The notes beneath the pieces were generated by a model, which made no database searches, was not told the DNA's origin, and saw only the letters and a program-made list of their open reading frames with translations. This document shows, piece by piece, positions 59,168 through 64,000 of a DNA stretch of 64,000 nt (positions are counted from its first letter, which is position 1; each line of letters begins with the position of its first letter). This stretch comes from Flavobacteriaceae bacterium (GTDB taxonomy: Bacteria > Bacteroidota > Bacteroidia > UKL13-3): positions 16,929-80,928 of the forward strand of contig SHWZ01000002.1 of the NCBI GenBank assembly GCA_009693575.1. The letters run 5' to 3'. Position numbers and translations under genes: made by a program.

Positions 59168-60883
59168 TTACTGAACGTTATTTTCTCGCATGATACCATT
59201 CAGCCATTTCAGCATTAAGAATAATAAAACTGCTGCAACTGATACCAAAGCGAAGTTCAAATAAAAGAAATTTTCTTTGTGTACTGTATTTTCCCATAGG
59301 CTTGAAAGCATCCCCGACAATTTATTTCCTACCGAAATCGCCAAGAAAAATCCACCCATCATTAAGGCAGTAATACGCGGAGGAGAAAGTTTGGAAACCA
59401 AGGACAAACCCATCGGTGATAAACATAATTCACCAATGGTAATAACCCCGTAGGAGGCCAGCAGCCACATAGAACTGGCTTTCATGCTTAGGTCGTTTGT
59501 AGCCAGAACAGCACCAACCATGACCAAGGCCGATAATGCTGTAATTACCAATCCTATTGCAATTTTTGTTGGAGTGCTTGGCTCTTTCTTTCTACGCCTC
59601 AAAAATCCAAAAAATCCTACGACCAATGGCGTTAAAACCACCACCCAAAATGGATTGATGGATTGGTATAATTCGGTAGAGTATAGTTTCAAGCTCTTTC
59701 CCTTTTCAGGGATTTGATCCCCAGGAAGGGTGGCAAAATACTTTCTTGATTTTTCCAATTGACCAATCTCACTTGAATAATTGGCCTTGGCCGTCAATTC
59801 CTCTTTGCTTACACTATCCATAGCTTTTTCTTGTGCCCTCATCACGGTTATGGTAGAATCGAATGTTTTTTGATTGGCGGCTACTATATCATTATTTACC
59901 ACCTCCTGAGCCATACCAATAGGTGCAGCTATATTAGAAACACTCTCTGGCATTTGGCGTTCGGTATGATCTTCTGCCCACACCGTTAACGCATCTCCAT
60001 TTTGGTGGAAGATGGCAAAGAATAAAATAACACAGGTAAAAACCGCAAGCAATGCCTTGATGGCACGGCTTTCCTTGGCCTCCGCCTTAAATGCTAGATA
60101 GATAAAAAATGATATAACTGGCAAACATCCAATAATGAACGCATCGTTGGTGTCTGAGCCTAAAAAATTACCCGGAATAAGGTATCCCAATATCCCAAAT
60201 AGAAACATCGGTAACACCGTCAAACCTAAAATCCGTCCAGTACCCATATCTCCCTTTTGAACTGGTCTGATTACATCAACATGCCTGATGTGTTTTGTTC
60301 CTAAAATAAAAACGACAACACCTATCAACATTCCCACTCCTGCTGCTGCAAAGGCCGAACCCCAACCATAATTGATACGCATATAAGCCGCAACAAAATT
60401 GCAAATAAATGCTCCGATGTTGATACCCATGTAGAAAATATTGTAACCCGAATCTTTCTTATCCTTCATATCGTCGCCGCTATAAAGATTGCCGACAAGT
60501 GTCGAAATATTTGGCTTAAAGAAACCGTTGCCAAGTATGATTAAAAGCAATGCGAGATAAAAGGATGTAGTATCGTGCACTGAAAGTAGGAAGTAGCCCG
60601 CTGCCATCATTAAACCGCCAGTAATAATAGATTTTCGGTAGCCAAACAATCTGTCGGCCAGCAGCCCGCCAATGAACGGGGTCAAATAAACTAAGCCTAA
60701 ATAGGTTCCATATATATCTGACTTTTTGGAAGGATCGAATCCCATTCCCCCGTTATTCCACCCATCGAGCATGTAGAGTGAGAAAATTCCGAGCATTAGA
60801 TAGTAACCGAATCGCTCCCACATTTCGGTTCCAAATAGAACCCAAAGACCCATTGGGTGACCCGTTTTTTTAGGTTGTTGCAT
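59168..60883 (-). CDS. POT/PTR family proton-dependent peptide transporter
   Basis: TEMWERFGYY (ExxERFxYY), GNGFFKPNIS, FYMGINIGA and GELCLSPMGLS. Confidence 0.95.
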   Translation of the reverse strand: MQQPKKTGHPMGLWVLFGTEMWERFGYYLMLGIFSLYMLDGWNNGGMGFDPSKKSDIYGTYLGLVYLTPFIGGLLADRLFGYRKSIITGGLMMAAGYFLLSVHDTTSFYLALLLIILGNGFFKPNISTLVGNLYSGDDMKDKKDSGYNIFYMGINIGAFICNFVAAYMRINYGWGSAFAAAGVGMLIGVVVFILGTKHIRHVDVIRPVQKGDMGTGRILGLTVLPMFLFGILGYLIPGNFLGSDTNDAFIIGCLPVISFFIYLAFKAEAKESRAIKALLAVFTCVILFFAIFHQNGDALTVWAEDHTERQMPESVSNIAAPIGMAQEVVNNDIVAANQKTFDSTITVMRAQEKAMDSVSKEELTAKANYSSEIGQLEKSRKYFATLPGDQIPEKGKSLKLYSTELYQSINPFWVVVLTPLVVGFFGFLRRRKKEPSTPTKIAIGLVITALSALVMVGAVLATNDLSMKASSMWLLASYGVITIGELCLSPMGLSLVSKLSPPRITALMMGGFFLAISVGNKLSGMLSSLWENTVHKENFFYLNFALVSVAAVLLFLMLKWLNGIMRENNVQ

Positions 60884-61157
60884 AATAGATTAATTTAAGA
60901 TTAGTTGCGGGCAAAAGTATGGGCAAGTTGCTTTTGTCCAAAATGTGAAGCTGGGAAGTTGAGAAAGGCTGATATGTAACGTGTATTGCTCTGGTAGATA
61001 ATTCTACCTTGCGGAAGCCTTAAACAGCGAGGCTATGGTTCGGGTTGCAAACCTTCTGCCTTGTGCGAGACAATTGCAATCCGATAGCTATCTGATCGTA
61101 TCAGGTGGAGGGTACTAATACAAATACCGTATCGGTATAGCCTAAGCCAAACGCATT

Positions 61158-61604
61158 TTAGGCGAATGATTTGGCGTGTTTTTTCCAATACTTTTTGCCG
61201 TAACTACAAAATATTTCTTCGCCCGCTATAATGTTTCGTGTTGCAATAATGCATACACTATTATCTTCATCTAAGCCAATTTTGGCATTGTTCTTAAATA
61301 TGGTTTTAGCAGAAAATCCTGTTGCATCGTTCGCATATTTTGCAAAGCAATGGGTGTGCACAGAGTCCATAATAGTGCCATCCAGCATATTAATAAAGTA
61401 TTTGTCTTCGTTTTTTTTGTCTCTACTATTTGCTTCTGAGGCAGATAATATTTCTCCTTTAAATACCGATATAACTTCGTCTTTGTAAATATTTATCACA
61501 GTTCGTAAACCATTTCCTGCATTGGGCAATTGTGAAGTATTTATATATAAATAATCTATTTCGTTGGCATCAATTGTATTTATATTATTAGTTGTTTTTT
61601 TCAT
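61158..61604 (-). CDS. SET domain protein (putative lysine methyltransferase)
   Basis: SQLPNAGNGL, FAKYANDA (NH(S)-equivalent box) and IATRNIIAGEEIFCSYG..YW. Confidence 0.88.
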   Translation of the reverse strand: MKKTTNNINTIDANEIDYLYINTSQLPNAGNGLRTVINIYKDEVISVFKGEILSASEANSRDKKNEDKYFINMLDGTIMDSVHTHCFAKYANDATGFSAKTIFKNNAKIGLDEDNSVCIIATRNIIAGEEIFCSYGKKYWKKHAKSFA

Positions 61605-61771
61605 CCGTAAATTTTTATTAGTGCAGTCAAATCAACGTTTGATGTGGTTGGTTTGTTTGGAAGCGACATGCAACAAGTGCAGATATGATTTAGCCCATAA
61701 CTGCCTTCATTCATTTGGAATGGATTCCAGCCGATAGCTATGGAAACGGCTTGGGTTGAGATAGTGGCTTT

Positions 61772-61851
61772 GTGCTTCTACCCGTGTCGAATCCCGATAG
61801 CTATCGGGACTACTGTTCATCGGGGAGTTCCAAGTCTCCTAGACGGAAGAC
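61772..61851. repeat. ~80 bp dispersed structured repeat (copy B)
   Basis: Matches 8021-8100; perfect TCCCGATAG|CTATCGGGA palindrome followed by a CAAGTCT...AGACTTG stem. Confidence 0.8.
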
Positions 61852-61870
61852 TTGATACAGCGGGGATAGG

Positions 61871-62748
61871 TTAATCGCAAGGAGTACCAAACGGATCAAG
61901 CCTCTCATGCCAAACGCTTTGAACTTTATTTTGATTAAACCTCACTACAGACCGATATGGATAAATGACCGAGCATGAATATCCTTGAACTTCTTTATCT
62001 CCCCAAATTTTTTCATTATCACGATATCCAAAGTAATATTGTTTATATCTGGCGAAAAAAGTAATATGCTCATTGTCTTGTTTGTAATATTTTTCTGACT
62101 TATTTGTAAATTGATTGAATATTTTTACCTGCTCATTAAATTTACCCCACTCTAAACCTAGCTTGTTATAGCTTGCGAAAAAGGGCAGACCTAGATTATC
62201 AACTATTTCAATCGTAAGAACAATATAGTTAGTTGCACAGATGGACCAATTAAATACAATATTCTGCACAGTTGCTTCAGCTACTCCTTTCTCATAATAT
62301 ATATAATATTTTTTCTTTAGATATGAGGACAAGTAGTTCTTAAGCTCAGAACTTTGATATAAATTGGCTATTGCACTAGAATCAACATGTGGAAATTTGT
62401 TGATGCTATAGATACCCTTATCATCAAGGATTGTGTTGGCAATAGTCCAATAAAAACTATCCAGCGGCGTTAAAACTGGGGAACCTTCTATACCATATCA
62501 TTCATAGCAATCACCAACCCCACAGTTCGAGGTGTCACTTTAAATACAGGAAACAAAGTATCCTTGAGGTCTAATTCATTTAATGGATGAAAATGATCAA
62601 GGTATTCTTTCAATTCCTTTGTCATCCCACTCGACAATGATGTAGAATCCTCCTTAAGCCTCTGGCTGATTACCCCACTTTCAATTTCTTCCAAAGAATC
62701 ATTGCAGGAGCATAGTATAAAAATGACAAATAAATATATAGGTCTCAT
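61871..62748 (-). pseudogene. Split AT-rich lipoprotein gene
   Basis: MRPIYLFVIFILCS-C lipobox ORF stops at 62488. The downstream ORF (61871-62332) is open without a start back to ~62496 in another frame (YGIEGSPVLTPL...), consistent with one interrupted gene. Confidence 0.55.
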
Positions 62749-62776
62749 AATATTGTCTATAAAAATTCTTTCTAGC

Positions 62777-64000
62777 TCACGCCTCCGCATACGCTTCCGT
62801 AGGTATGCATGTACATATCAGGTTGCGGTCGCCATGGGTATTGTTTATGCGTCCCACACTTGGCCAGAACTTGCGTTCCTTCACCCACGGCAAGGGGAAG
62901 GCTGCCTTCTCACGGCTGTAGGCATGGTTCCATTCGTTCGCGATCAAAACGCTGGAAGTGTGCGGAGCATTTTTCAATACATTGTCGAGCTTGTCGGCAG
63001 CACCGGTGGCTATCTCGTCTATCTCTTTTCCTATGCTCAACAAGGCTTCACAGAAACGGTCGAGTTCGGCCTTGGTTTCGCTTTCTGTCGGTTCTATCAT
63101 CAAGGTGCCAGCCACAGGGAAGCTCACGGTTGGAGCATGGAAACCGTAGTCCATCAGTCGTTTGGCGATGTCTTCCACTTCTACGCCAAGGCTGTTTTTA
63201 TACTTACGCATGTCCACAATCATTTCGTGGGCACAGGTGCCGTTGCTGCCTGTGTAGAGTATATCAAAATGCTTTTCAAGCAGGGTCTTCATGTAGTTGG
63301 CATTCAGGATAGCATAGCGGGTGGCGTCGGTCAAGCCCTTGGCACCCATCAAACGGATATATACATAACTGATGAGCAATATACTGGCAGAACCCCATGG
63401 AGCAGCGGAGACAGCTCCGGTGGCTTTGCTCCCCTCTCCCTGTGGAGAGGGGCTGGGGGTGAGGTGTACATGCCCTGGCAAGAAAGGAATCAAATGGCTT
63501 TTTACACCAATTGGCCCCATGCCAGGACCACCGCCACCGTGGGGAATGCAGAAAGTTTTATGCAAGTTGAGGTGGCATACATCTGCCCCAATGATGGCAG
63601 GACTAGTAAGTCCAACCTGTGCATTCATATTTGCTCCGTCCATATATACCTGACCACCGTGTTGATGGATGATGTCACATATCTGGTTTATGGTTTCCTC
63701 AAATACTCCATGGGTGCTTGGGTAAGTCACCATGAAGCAAGCAAGATTGTCTTTGTATTCTTCGGCACGGGCTTGCAGGTCGGCCACGTCTATGTTCCCG
63801 TTGGGGTCGGTTTTGGTCACCACTACTTTCATGCCTGCCATCACGGCACTGGCGGGGTTGGTGCCGTGGGCAGAAGCTGGAATCAATGCCACATTGCGAT
63901 GTGTTTGTCCTATGCTCCTATGGTATTCGCGAATTACAAGGAGACCTGCATACTCACCCTGGGCACCAGCGTTAGGCTGCAAGGAAACGCCATCAAAGCC
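62777..64000 (-). CDS. gcvP: Glycine dehydrogenase (aminomethyl-transferring), 5'-truncated by the window edge
   Basis: [56 protein letters not shown] and IEPTESE. Confidence 0.97.
   Translation of the reverse strand, partial: GFDGVSLQPNAGAQGEYAGLLVIREYHRSIGQTHRNVALIPASAHGTNPASAVMAGMKVVVTKTDPNGNIDVADLQARAEEYKDNLACFMVTYPSTHGVFEETINQICDIIHQHGGQVYMDGANMNAQVGLTSPAIIGADVCHLNLHKTFCIPHGGGGPGMGPIGVKSHLIPFLPGHVHLTPSPSPQGEGSKATGAVSAAPWGSASILLISYVYIRLMGAKGLTDATRYAILNANYMKTLLEKHFDILYTGSNGTCAHEMIVDMRKYKNSLGVEVEDIAKRLMDYGFHAPTVSFPVAGTLMIEPTESETKAELDRFCEALLSIGKEIDEIATGAADKLDNVLKNAPHTSSVLIANEWNHAYSREKAAFPLPWVKERKFWPSVGRINNTHGDRNLICTCIPTEAYAEA
63431..63464. repeat. REP-like palindrome located in frame inside gcvP
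   Basis: CCCCTCTCC-CTGT-GGAGAGGGG stem plus CTGGGGGTGAGG tail; encodes [11 protein letters not shown]. Confidence 0.75.

Noticed and set aside
46972-62500. Stop-codon reassignment (TGA as Trp/Gly/Sec), suggested by in-frame TGAs at 47041, 49891 and ~62499
   Set aside because: rimO, trxB, gmk, mlaD, menF and the MFS gene end normally at TGA, and no long conserved gene has an internal TGA; the HMGR relic also has a TAG.
383-63653. Numerous 60-200 aa ORFs antisense to or nested in recognised genes (e.g. 7447-7944, 9486-10073, 28156-28761, 36823-37341, 48434-49075)
   Set aside because: Shadow frames of well-supported genes, with no motifs of their own.
1-64000. Prophage, IS transposase, integrase, rRNA or tRNA genes
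   Set aside because: No ORF with such motifs and no RNA-gene-like sequence recognised; intergenic gaps are short and mostly explained.

Overview
A 64 kb chromosomal window from a Bacteroidota genome. Support for this: TAnnTTTG -7 promoter boxes, AT-rich translation starts without Shine-Dalgarno motifs, type IX secretion (T9SS) cargo proteins, and Bacteroidota-type parE and bshC. Most of it is housekeeping: coaD, queG, parE, gmk, yidC, rimO, bshC, glyA, acs, panB, cdd, trxB, dxr, smpB, mnmA, mlaD/mlaE, dprA, yihA, menI/menF-like, recR and gcvP. It also has a small surface-glycan gene block, two giant GEVED-repeat T9SS surface proteins and an S8 protease. I found no rRNA, tRNA, CRISPR array, integrase or transposase. 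The unusual content is mostly small-scale: (1) palindromic or short-repeat DNA sitting in frame inside conserved enzymes (gcvP, probably acs, and a cyclase); (2) several families of dispersed palindromic repeats, including an ~80 bp element with a compensatory stem change and a 21-bp periodic tract; (3) a chimeric DUF262/DUF1579-like relic with attC-like flanks; (4) a decayed HMG-CoA reductase in a genome with an intact dxr; (5) a T11 tract at the 5' end of an O-acyltransferase gene. All family assignments come from motif recognition by eye; no database searches were run.
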